Source: Aduncisulcus paluster
Lineage: Eukaryota
DNA: 40,897 nucleotides
Assembly: GCA_024181965.1 (NCBI GenBank)
Contig: BQXS01010082.1
Coordinates: forward strand, 1 to 40,897
Reading direction: 5' to 3'
The notes under the pieces are model-generated. The model had not been told where the DNA came from and did no database searches. It saw only the letters and a list, made by a program, of their open reading frames with translations. A program made the position numbers and the translations under genes. Positions 7,320 to 17,107 of this stretch are shown here, in pieces (positions within the stretch are counted from its first letter, which is position 1; every line of letters begins with the position of its first letter).

Positions 7320-10300
7320 TCATTTGATATTTGCAGAAAATGCTTGTTTAAATACAATTTCCCGCATTCTTCTATCAATGTCCTCCTCCTCTTCCTCAGA
7401 TTCTTGCATATCTTCCATATCCTTTTGGTTATCCCCAGATTCAGCGATAACCTCTCCTTCAATTGTTGAAGTTTGATAATATTTTTGGGTTATAAATGTT
7501 TGATGAGAAGCTTGTTCTATTTTTGGCTCTTCTATCTTTGGCTCTTCTATTTTTGGCTCTTCAACCACCTTTCTTTCTTCTCTTCTTCTTTTTCTCGATC
7601 TCTTAATTTGGTGAGTATGGAACATGTCCTTGTTTTTAGAAGCCAATCTCTCGCTGAAAGCAATTAAACAAGAAGACGGAGAGGAAACAACGACTCTGTT
7701 GCCCACACATATGGACAGAGGAACAAGTAAAAGCGGGGAGTTCTGAGCAAGAGCTACGATTCCCGTCTTCTCCACACTGAGGATGAAGGTACCATCAATA
7801 ACTGGTTCTATAAATAGAACATCCCTCTCTTTATGAGTCACACCGATCATTGTCACTGATGGGGGCAGTTTCATCGATGGATCTGAGCATTCTGACACTG
7901 AGGTTTCTTCTGGCACCGATTGTTTTGAAGAAGATGATATCTTTGGCGATGCATGATCGGTCACAGTGGTGTTTGGAGGTAACATTGTATTGGATTTGAA
8001 CTGAGATGTGATCATGGCACACACGTCAATACTCATCACACTGGCCATCGGTGCCGCTATAAATAGAATTCCATTCGAACAACATGGGGATAACGAAGGA
8101 ATATGTGTTGTTGGAGAAGGTAACGGGATTCTATACAAAAATAGAACGTTCAATCGCTTGGCATTTGTCATTGAATACAATTCAATACAAATGTCAACAC
8201 AATGGAGCTGATTGTGCTCAAATCCAAGGAAAGAGTGAACAAGACCGATAGCAAGACATACCACTCCAACACCACATCCACACAGGCCAAGGACAACCCT
8301 CTTCCTTTCTTTTCCAGTGGTTTGATCCTTCCAGAGAGCAAGGGGAAGGGCGACAGGGCAGCCTGGGTATGAATCTGGACGGATCATGTGGAGTTTATCA
8401 TTGGTTCTTGCGACGGACACAATATATTCAACAGAGGAGGCAATAGTCTCTCCACAGGATGGATCAAAGTCAGATACAAAAGCAGACGAGAGGGATGATG
8501 ATGGAGCGGGTTGAGGGACAGGTGAAAGACATCTGCAGAGGAAATCACCACTGTTTGCAAACCTTGGAAGCATTAACACAGGTAGAGAAGACCTCTCAAG
8601 GTCAACAACTGTGATCACACCGCTATATGTTCTAAAAATAATATTTCTGCTATTCTTTGAGAAACAGACACCCGTAATAGCAGTTGATGGAGGGATATAT
8701 ATTCCCGAGAAAGTAGATAGAGAGGTAGTGCCTGCAGATTCCTGGTGATCGGTCTCTCCAAAATGAGTGCTCCCACCAATCCCTCGACTGGTCCCACTGT
8801 CGTACAATTGCCCCTGTTTAAGCTGCTTTGTAAACGGATGATAATGATGCGAGGGAGAGAAGCACCCAGCACAGTTACATGCACTGTGTCCACTGTGTCC
8901 TGCAGCATGAGTATGAGAAGAGCATGGGGACTGGTGTGATTGTGAAGAGCTCGGATGGTCACTCACAGATGCCATTCCCCTCGGAGCAGAACTTGGAACA
9001 GCAGAGAAAGAAGCTATCAGTTGGCAACTCTCAGTCTCGTAGACTCTGCACACTCCTTCCTCAAAACCGACAGCAATCATGTCCCCCCCATCGCTCCATG
9101 TGACACAGAGTGGTACACAACGTCCCTTATCGAAAGGTGCAATGATGGCACTGTCTATTCTCTTACCTCCATCCCACAACCTCACAGTCCCATCATAACA
9201 CACGGAGGAGATCACATCATGGGAAAGAACGGCAGGGAGGGAACTGTCTGACCAAGAGTATTCGCCTTCCTCTTCCTCTTCCTCTTCCTCTTCGGCCAGA
9301 ACTTCTTGTGCTGCACCATGAAGAATGTCTTCATCGGACGAGGAAAGATGGTCAATATGGGTAGGATAGAGTTTATGGGCAAGACGAGAATACCCTCTTT
9401 CTTCTTCATCTTTCTCTTTCTTTTTGTGTGTTTCATCAAGTTCTTTGTTTGGACTAGATAAAGCTTGCTCAGCCTTTAGTTTTCCTTCCCACCCTCCTTG
9501 CCATTCTCCCCTTTTCACACAATCGACACTGACTACACCACACCCATATGTCCTTCCTATGACACCGACATACACTCCAGCAGAACTATCTATCAGAGTC
9601 AGAGTACCTGTCTGTGTGGCCAGAGCAACGTATCCTCCACGCTGAGTCACACACCCATGCAATACACACCCGTCGACACGGATCTCTGTACTATAAGACA
9701 AAAAGGACCCGTCCCATCGTCTGCATATCCCTGAATCGTTACAGATAAATATTGAAGAGAGAGCCTCCATGGTGGAGGTACGGGGAAGGGATGAAGGGAA
9801 AGAGGAAGAGGAAGCACTCACAGGAGATTGAAGAGGAGGGAAGCATGCAGTATCACAGTGTCCCGTCACAGAGGCCTTTTGCATCAACATCTCCAGGTTG
9901 GATGGATCAGTCCCGTTGTATACACCACCATGGCTGGGAAAGATGGTACCATGTCGATCCTGAACCTTGGAAAGGAATCCATCCTCCTCCTCGTCAGCCA
10001 AGACAATTGGACGCTGGCCTCCCTCGCAACAACAGATGCATGACACAGAGCAATCGTTGGAGAATGGTTTGATGATATTGAGAGGAATTTGTGGATGAGA
10101 AGGATCGATTTCAACCACATATCCTTGATCAGTACCAACATAGAGTCGACTGTGGACACAAGAAGAGCTCGACAAGAGAGGCGGAGACATAGCCATGCAT
10201 GTGAAATAGGATTCAACACGAGGCGAAAGCTTATGATGTTGTTTAAAAGATGGTGAAGATTCTATCTTTTTCTTGATGCTCTTTGTTGATTTCTTTTTTT

Positions 10301-11519
10301 TCTTCAAAGGGGAAACCTTTGGGTCAGCTGTCAGTGTATCATCGTTTTCCTGTTCAATTGATATTCCTACCTTTGGAATTGGTTCAAGAATTGGACCTTT
10401 TTGTGTTTTTTTAGAATGAGGAACAAGAGAATATCTGTCAATGGGAATAGCAACAACACGAATAGAATTCTCAATAGATCCTTTGCTCCTTCGCATTCTA
10501 ACTCTTCCATGGAGTAAAGAGGATCGTGTTAGCAGGAAAAATCGATCTTCAAGTCCTGGAAACACACTGAATCCTTTGATTTCTGTTACATATCCATTAT
10601 TATCGTCAAGAGAAGAACTAGCGGATGGACGGACACCAATCGCTCGTCTCGGAGCACTCACTCGACAATTGCACAATAATTTTGGCTTTTTATCCTTCAA
10701 ATGTTGATGATCGATACACAGAAGAGGGGAAAGATCAACAGCATATATTCCAAGTTGAGCACCTTCTTTACGGACAATGTACATTGAAAATCCAGTGTGT
10801 GATAGAGATATAGCCATTATGGGACAAGGTCCAAGAGATGGTGGAGCTGAAGGAGATGAAAAGGAACCAGTGGAAGTAGGTGTATTAAAAAATGATGAAT
10901 TGAATGTAAAAAGTTTTCGAGGATGGGCAGAATAAGTTACATCATATAAGATAACTCGTCCACCACCTATCTTTTTTTTGATGGGGGTGTTAGGCTTCAT
11001 GGAATATCCATAACCATATTCACCTATTTCCTCCCCAATAGCAAGTAAAGGTCGCCCAGCACATGCGGCAATAGAGGATATCAATGCTTCGGAAGGTGGT
11101 AATTTCACTGGAGGAGGAGTAGAAAGATACGGAGAAGGAGTGATTACATTTGGAAAATGTAGAACAGTGGTTACACCACAAGCAACAGCTAAACATGGTT
11201 GCAATGATTCATATTCAGTTTTTAATGGGTTTTTATCTATTAATGGTGTTATCGATGGATTAGAATCAAGGCTAGGATACTTATTTTCGGTTAATCCACT
11301 TGAAGGTGTAGAAAGTGTCCAAACAGGCGAAACATCAACATCAAATCCAGAATGAGCAAAAACGCCCATTATAGATTTTTCTATTTTGCGCTTATTTTCC
11401 TTCAATTCAATAATCGGAGATTTAGGTTTAATAGGATCGACTAATTGCAACTTATCCTTTTGTTTTGTCCGAATAATATCTTGCGACTTCCTTCCATGTG
11501 TTAATTGTTTTTGTTTCAT
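7320..11519 (-). CDS. Large WD40-repeat protein, WDR90/POC16-like
   Basis: 1399 aa. WD motifs SVCYDGTVRLWD and CVTWSDGGDMIAVGFEEGVCRVYE. ATQTGTLTLID...Y....GRT resembles WDR90 from recall. Many low-complexity inserts. Confidence 0.7.
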   Translation of the reverse strand: MKQKQLTHGRKSQDIIRTKQKDKLQLVDPIKPKSPIIELKENKRKIEKSIMGVFAHSGFDVDVSPVWTLSTPSSGLTENKYPSLDSNPSITPLIDKNPLKTEYESLQPCLAVACGVTTVLHFPNVITPSPYLSTPPPVKLPPSEALISSIAACAGRPLLAIGEEIGEYGYGYSMKPNTPIKKKIGGGRVILYDVTYSAHPRKLFTFNSSFFNTPTSTGSFSSPSAPPSLGPCPIMAISLSHTGFSMYIVRKEGAQLGIYAVDLSPLLCIDHQHLKDKKPKLLCNCRVSAPRRAIGVRPSASSSLDDNNGYVTEIKGFSVFPGLEDRFFLLTRSSLLHGRVRMRRSKGSIENSIRVVAIPIDRYSLVPHSKKTQKGPILEPIPKVGISIEQENDDTLTADPKVSPLKKKKKSTKSIKKKIESSPSFKQHHKLSPRVESYFTCMAMSPPLLSSSSCVHSRLYVGTDQGYVVEIDPSHPQIPLNIIKPFSNDCSVSCICCCEGGQRPIVLADEEEDGFLSKVQDRHGTIFPSHGGVYNGTDPSNLEMLMQKASVTGHCDTACFPPLQSPVSASSSSFPSSLPRTSTMEALSSIFICNDSGICRRWDGSFLSYSTEIRVDGCVLHGCVTQRGGYVALATQTGTLTLIDSSAGVYVGVIGRTYGCGVVSVDCVKRGEWQGGWEGKLKAEQALSSPNKELDETHKKKEKDEEERGYSRLAHKLYPTHIDHLSSSDEDILHGAAQEVLAEEEEEEEEEGEYSWSDSSLPAVLSHDVISSVCYDGTVRLWDGGKRIDSAIIAPFDKGRCVPLCVTWSDGGDMIAVGFEEGVCRVYETESCQLIASFSAVPSSAPRGMASVSDHPSSSQSHQSPCSSHTHAAGHSGHSACNCAGCFSPSHHYHPFTKQLKQGQLYDSGTSRGIGGSTHFGETDHQESAGTTSLSTFSGIYIPPSTAITGVCFSKNSRNIIFRTYSGVITVVDLERSSLPVLMLPRFANSGDFLCRCLSPVPQPAPSSSLSSAFVSDFDPSCGETIASSVEYIVSVARTNDKLHMIRPDSYPGCPVALPLALWKDQTTGKERKRVVLGLCGCGVGVVCLAIGLVHSFLGFEHNQLHCVDICIELYSMTNAKRLNVLFLYRIPLPSPTTHIPSLSPCCSNGILFIAAPMASVMSIDVCAMITSQFKSNTMLPPNTTVTDHASPKISSSSKQSVPEETSVSECSDPSMKLPPSVTMIGVTHKERDVLFIEPVIDGTFILSVEKTGIVALAQNSPLLLVPLSICVGNRVVVSSPSSCLIAFSERLASKNKDMFHTHQIKRSRKRRREERKVVEEPKIEEPKIEEPKIEQASHQTFITQKYYQTSTIEGEVIAESGDNQKDMEDMQESEEEEEDIDRRMREIVFKQAFSANIK
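7515..7562 (-). repeat. 15-bp coding tandem repeat x3 (EEPKI)
   Basis: ttctatttttggctc / ttctatctttggctc units. Confidence 0.85.
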
Positions 11520-11819
11520 GTCATATCATCACGAAAACCTTCCAGAAAGGATATCTAGGATATTTCTCTTTCTTTTGTATAAACTTTTCATTATTGATGC
11601 ATTTATCTGATAAAAATTGCATACCAAATGATTTTTTAACAGCAAAGTGCTGCTATAATTCTATCTCAGAAATAGGCATGCTATTCGAGAATTAAGTCAC
11701 CAAATATAATGTGTTTTTCTACATATATGTTGCTATAAGAGATAAAATTGTAGAATTATCAAAAATTCCACTGATAGACGAATGAATCTAATAAACCTTG
11801 GAAGTTGGTAACAAATAGA

Positions 11820-13637
11820 ATGAGTGTGGAGGCTGTTGATGATCCCAATTGGAAAGAATTATTTTCCTTCCTCTTTTTCGGTAAGAAAAAAAGGCAACGC
11901 CATAGAATTCAGTTTGTTGATACTCTCAGAGGTATGCTCGTGTTAATATATGGGTTAATTTCTTGTTTTCCTCCAAGTCGTCTTCGTGATACCCAAATAT
12001 CGGAAGAAGGACTCATAACTAGTGAAAGTAATATGTTTTTCTATCTTCTGGCTAACCATTCCTATGCTACGATATCCTGGAGTCAAGACACGAGTCTTCC
12101 ATATGAAAAGAATTATGTCTCCACTTGGACTGGTGACGCCACCCTGATCGATTACGGACTAGCCATGTACATCTTTATTTCTGGGTTTATATTAAAGTAT
12201 TCTCTTGATCAAGCTCTTGATTTCTGTAAGACCGGTGGACAACGTGTATTTGTTTGGATATATACTATAATTAGGAATTTGTGTATCATGGCCATTGATT
12301 GGGGAATTGAACCACTTGCTTTTCACAATAACATGGCTTTTCTGGTAACTGATAAGCGTTATACGGATGGACGGATTGAAGAGGATATAAAAGTTCCAAT
12401 GTGGGGTCCTCTTGGTGCTTCATGTTGTTCCTCCCTTACTCATCTCCTCTTCATTGCCATATTCCCGAGATTCAACAAGAAAGATTCCAAAAAACGTCGT
12501 TTGGTATTATCTAGTATTTTTATTCTCGTTGGATTTTCACATATGTTATTGTCAGAGGGTCTTTTCATCTCCTCACCCGGATATATTGCTTCCCTCGACC
12601 TTATTCCCTCTTATGCAGCCTTACTGCAAGGTTTCCTCACATATGGTGCCATGGGTGTCATTTCCGGAGGTATATCTGGTATCATACTTACATTATATGA
12701 GTCAGACGATGACCAATTCGTCCTTGATTCTCCTTCTGATATTTCTGACGATAAGATTGCTGTTCTCTCCTCCCCACCTGAGTCCTCAGCTAATAATATC
12801 ACTCAATCCCTCAAAGAAGTCAAACAAACCCTGATTGAATCTGCGAGAACTGGGGCTTCTTCCCTCGCAAAGATGAAGCTTCGTGATGGAGTCTTCTATG
12901 AGGAAGAAGATCCTTTAATATTGAATAAGGATACCCTTCATGACCATGGAGAAGAGGAAGAAATGGATCATTCAGGTAGTGATCAAAATGCCTCTTCGTC
13001 TTCGTATGTGGATGCTGATGCTGTGTGTGACGATTATTCCCTCTCTCTCAACCTTCCTTTCTCCTCAATGTCCCTCAAGTCATTCGAGGCGAAGATTACA
13101 AATGCTAACCCAGGAGCTGTTGCCTTTGGCTTTGCTATATTCTTGTTCATCCTTGGTTTTGCCCTTTCCTTTACGAATTCATGGATGATTAATGCAACTC
13201 TTGCTTCCGCATCATTCTGTTTCATTGCATCTTCGTTCTGTTGCTTTATCTTGAGTATTCTCATCAACTTTGAGATGATTTCCAAGGAAAAGGGTTCCAA
13301 AAGTAAGAGTGAAGCTGCTAAATACAACCCTAACGGTTCGAATGGATTGCTCCAAGTGTTAGGAAGGAATACTCTCTTGATATCATACTTTGCCCTTAAT
13401 GTTCAAGCTGCTGTTGTGGTTTTTTCGGGAGGAAATAACGGACTTTTGACACTGTACGATTACTCGATTGGTCTTAGTATCTTCATTTTCCCAGTTATGC
13501 TTATCCTCCCCGTCATTCTGGATTCTCACAATATCCTGTTTGGAACTTGGGGTGGATTCATCGTTTGGGTTGTATTAGGTTCTATTATCGGTGGTTTTGC
13601 TTATGTATTCATGGACGACTTCACATATTGGGTTTAA
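11820..13637 (+). CDS. Multi-pass membrane acyltransferase-like protein (HGSNAT/DUF5009-like)
   Basis: About 11 hydrophobic segments. N-terminal RIQFVDTLRG and C-terminal LGRNTLLISY motifs are typical of HGSNAT/acyltransferase-3-type proteins. First ATG at 11820. Confidence 0.7.
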   Translation: MSVEAVDDPNWKELFSFLFFGKKKRQRHRIQFVDTLRGMLVLIYGLISCFPPSRLRDTQISEEGLITSESNMFFYLLANHSYATISWSQDTSLPYEKNYVSTWTGDATLIDYGLAMYIFISGFILKYSLDQALDFCKTGGQRVFVWIYTIIRNLCIMAIDWGIEPLAFHNNMAFLVTDKRYTDGRIEEDIKVPMWGPLGASCCSSLTHLLFIAIFPRFNKKDSKKRRLVLSSIFILVGFSHMLLSEGLFISSPGYIASLDLIPSYAALLQGFLTYGAMGVISGGISGIILTLYESDDDQFVLDSPSDISDDKIAVLSSPPESSANNITQSLKEVKQTLIESARTGASSLAKMKLRDGVFYEEEDPLILNKDTLHDHGEEEEMDHSGSDQNASSSSYVDADAVCDDYSLSLNLPFSSMSLKSFEAKITNANPGAVAFGFAIFLFILGFALSFTNSWMINATLASASFCFIASSFCCFILSILINFEMISKEKGSKSKSEAAKYNPNGSNGLLQVLGRNTLLISYFALNVQAAVVVFSGGNNGLLTLYDYSIGLSIFIFPVMLILPVILDSHNILFGTWGGFIVWVVLGSIIGGFAYVFMDDFTYWV

Positions 13638-13727
13638 TATCACATATTGGGTTTGACAGAGTACAGTATATAGTACATATATGGTGCAGCGTATAGAATG
13701 AAAGTTTCTGTTAGTCTTTATCTCTTA

Positions 13728-13751
13728 TTTTTTTTTTTAATGTATAACAAT

Positions 13752-13818
<67 letters not shown>

Positions 13819-13928
13819 TTTTCCCTTTAACACCAGATCAANNNNNNNNNNNNNNNNNNNNTTATTTTTTTTTTTTTTTTTTTTTTTTTAATGTATAACA
13901 ATAGTTTTTTTTTTTTTTTTTTTTTTTT
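13728..13928. repeat. Poly-T tracts with a 20-N assembly gap (13842-13861)
   Basis: Long T homopolymers; TTTAATGTATAACAATAG repeated on both sides of the gap. Confidence 0.85.
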
Positions 13929-14286
13929 GTTTCTTTATTATTTTTATTATTTTATATATATTATGTAATTTTCCCCTTGAACAGCAGATCAAATCAGTTT
14001 GATCCATTTTTTTGATAGTTTCATTTTTTCGTGTCATTTTCATTGGGCACTATCTTAAAGGGGGAGAAAAGGTCAAAAATACTCATTATTCAAAATATTT
14101 CTATGTTTATTTTTCAATCATTGATGAGCTACACTTCCGTGGAACTATACTGTACTAAGTCCGAGAAGAACTGCGGAAATATGTCAAATAAAAATCATCA
14201 TGACAACAACCTCCTTATCATTTCCTGATAAATTATCAGTGGTAATCATGCTTTCTCAGCCCAAACAGCCCAAATGTGTTCCAATT

Positions 14287-16734
14287 CTACTCAATGTCAA
14301 AAGGTTCTTCTGATACCTGCCAAGATCCAGAACCTTGATCTGATCTATCCGAATATCTACGTCTTGTGGGCATACTTGAAGATGATTCCCCGGTCTTATC
14401 TCCACCTGTCACCATAGATGTCCCTGCCCCACTCTGTACATTAGATGTTGGACTCGAGGCACTTGTCGATGAACTTGTTGTTGTTCCATTTCCAGCTCCA
14501 GCAGCACCATAAGGCACCGAGAACACTCCCTCCCCGTCATCTTCTCCGTCGACCCATTCAAACCCAAAGTCATCATCTCCACCGAATCCACCCTCGTTGT
14601 ATCCGAAGTCTTGTCCAGTTGATCCGAAAGGGATCGAATATGGGTCATCACCATGGCTCTCTCGATCAAGATCATGGGCAGTCATGTGTTGCGGGGATGA
14701 GATTGTCGTGTCAGCATCATTGCTGGAACCAAGTAAAAGTTGAAGGATGGTGGCATTCGTAGTGGGAGCTACTGTGGGACTCTGTTGGGGCTTACTTCCT
14801 GATGCAGATGCACCCACAGTTTTCTTCTCCTTTACAGCATCATCTTTCTCTTTCTTCTCCTCTTCAAGTGCAGCAGCCCAACTATCCTCGTCACTGCTTG
14901 ACTCATCTCCACTGTCAGAGCCAGAGATTGTAGCAGACACAGAGGAGGAGGAAGAGAGAGAAGTCATGTGGGATCCACCATCAGCTTTAGAGTCAGCTTC
15001 ACGTTGGAGCTTTATCTTCCGAATCATAGCATCAAGACGATCGTAATCAAGCTCTATATTTGGATTGTTGGGAATGATTGGAGCTTCTTCTATTTCTGTA
15101 TATTGAGAAATTGTTGAATTCTTGAGAATAACCATCATGTCACCATCAACACGAAGATCTTCAAAACTGATACCATTCAGACAGCAAGGACACTTCCACT
15201 GACCCACAGATAAGGAATAAGATATAAATGTTTCAAGATCAAAGCAGGTGGGATGAGCACATTGAATGGATTTGGCAGGGATCTGGCACCTTCCACGAAG
15301 AAGGGGACACGTTAAGGGTAAATTTATGATGAATTCCTCGAGATCACTATCTTCTTCATCCTTTTTGTTGCCAGAAGGGGTCGAACCAAGTTTCTTTCCC
15401 CTACTCGATGATGCAAGAGGAGTTTGCCCTCCACCCAAAAACACATCCACTTGGGATCTTGTAGACTGAGATGATTTGTTCTTATAAAAATATGGCCTCA
15501 TCTTGACCTCTTTGACCAAATCTTGGACGTTTGTATGAGTCATAAAGCCTCCAACCCCAAACAATGGAGTGGACGAATGGGGACCCCCAACAAGTTCGAT
15601 GTACAACGGAGTGGTGAATTTCTTGGATCGTAAGAGAGGGATCAAAGTTGAGAGGGGACTAGACTGGGCGGCAGAACATGACATAAGCGAGGAAGACGGA
15701 GGAAGGGGTTCAGAACTTAATGGTTGACGGATATAGAACTCATTCCTTGTTTTATGCATGGAAGCGAAAGATGTAGAAACTTCAGACATCCCCGTGTCCG
15801 GTTTAGAATCACGAATAAACCGGTTTCGCCGCTTAACAAGATCCTTTCTATTAGCTATTTTATATATTTCAGCTTCTATTTCCCTCACTGCTCGAGATAT
15901 TTTTGGAAGATTATAAGAGATGATTTGAGAAGTGATGTCAGTAGGATATACCCGCATTCCTGCATTCCAGGATTCAGGATCTCTCTTAGTGAAGCCAATG
16001 GGAGAGATTTTCTGGTAAGCTGTCCCGCCTACACGGATGGCAAGCCCGATTCCTTTGTATCCATAAGCAGACGAAATCCTATAGGGATTTAAGATATGGT
16101 AGATTAATCGACGAGAATCCGGTTTCCTGATCTGAAATAGAGTTTGAATTTCGTGTGAAAGAGGAGATTCCATATATATAATATCCTCCAAGGAGAATGT
16201 AAGGTTACAATGCCATCCACCATGATAAGAACATTTAAATGCATGAGAATAGTTACCCACAAGTTTATATTGTAAATTGGCAAGCCCAAGTCGCAAAGAA
16301 GATTGCTCAGCTGTTGGAAGTTGATGTAGAGCAACAGTGGAATTATCAACAATCTGTCTAACACGAGGAGCTGTTTGTCGAACAACCGGAACCTTTCGAA
16401 CAGGTGTAGTATACCTTTCAACAACGATTTTCCCTTTGTTCCTGATGAGACTATCTAAAAACTGGGCGGCTTCATATCTGGCATACTTCGCAACAATCGT
16501 GACATACGGTTTCCAAGAATCACATGAACTGAGAATTTCTTTACATATTCGCATAAAAACAACTTTGTTGGGCACTGTATACGATTGATAAAATCGAGAA
16601 CAATATTTTTGACTAGTATGGTGAATCATTTTCGTAGCAACATCAGAATTAATTTTTGAAAGGTGATCAGGGATAGCGTTATATTTAGTTGCAAATAGCT
16701 GACCAATATTGATAGATTCAGGTGTTGCGCTCAT
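14287..16734 (-). CDS. SP-RING (MIZ zinc finger) SUMO E3 ligase, PIAS/Siz/Zmiz-like
   Basis: LTCPLLRGRCQIPAKSIQCAHPTCFDLETF...WKCPCC...DLRVD is an SP-RING signature; acidic disordered C-terminus. Confidence 0.88.
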   Translation of the reverse strand: MSATPESINIGQLFATKYNAIPDHLSKINSDVATKMIHHTSQKYCSRFYQSYTVPNKVVFMRICKEILSSCDSWKPYVTIVAKYARYEAAQFLDSLIRNKGKIVVERYTTPVRKVPVVRQTAPRVRQIVDNSTVALHQLPTAEQSSLRLGLANLQYKLVGNYSHAFKCSYHGGWHCNLTFSLEDIIYMESPLSHEIQTLFQIRKPDSRRLIYHILNPYRISSAYGYKGIGLAIRVGGTAYQKISPIGFTKRDPESWNAGMRVYPTDITSQIISYNLPKISRAVREIEAEIYKIANRKDLVKRRNRFIRDSKPDTGMSEVSTSFASMHKTRNEFYIRQPLSSEPLPPSSSLMSCSAAQSSPLSTLIPLLRSKKFTTPLYIELVGGPHSSTPLFGVGGFMTHTNVQDLVKEVKMRPYFYKNKSSQSTRSQVDVFLGGGQTPLASSSRGKKLGSTPSGNKKDEEDSDLEEFIINLPLTCPLLRGRCQIPAKSIQCAHPTCFDLETFISYSLSVGQWKCPCCLNGISFEDLRVDGDMMVILKNSTISQYTEIEEAPIIPNNPNIELDYDRLDAMIRKIKLQREADSKADGGSHMTSLSSSSSVSATISGSDSGDESSSDEDSWAAALEEEKKEKDDAVKEKKTVGASASGSKPQQSPTVAPTTNATILQLLLGSSNDADTTISSPQHMTAHDLDRESHGDDPYSIPFGSTGQDFGYNEGGFGGDDDFGFEWVDGEDDGEGVFSVPYGAAGAGNGTTTSSSTSASSPTSNVQSGAGTSMVTGGDKTGESSSSMPTRRRYSDRSDQGSGSWQVSEEPFDIE

Positions 16735-17107
16735 ATCTAATAGAAATCAAAAAATACTTCACAAATTAAGGCAATAAAAATCACTATTCGGTTTTTATGA
16801 ATGGAAAAATAGGTTAAAAGCAGTACTGAACTTTGATAATGAGCAAAACAGACAAATTATTTCCTTTCGCGAATCAAAGTTTCTATCCAACATATATTGA
16901 TAATAAATGCAACGAAAAAGTCTTTTATTCATCATAGTACATAACGACACTGTGAATTATTCTATGTCTGGAAGATTACTTACAGCTGAGAATAACGGGT
17001 ATCCAATCGAGTGAATAAGAAACGATGTAATAATTTGAATTGTAATTATAAAGTTCATAGATGATTAATATCTATAAGAAAAAAGAAAAGCCTTAAGCAT
17101 GATTAAA

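Noticed and set aside
13698-13898. Poly-Phe ORF
   Set aside because: Translation of a poly-T tract spanning an assembly gap.
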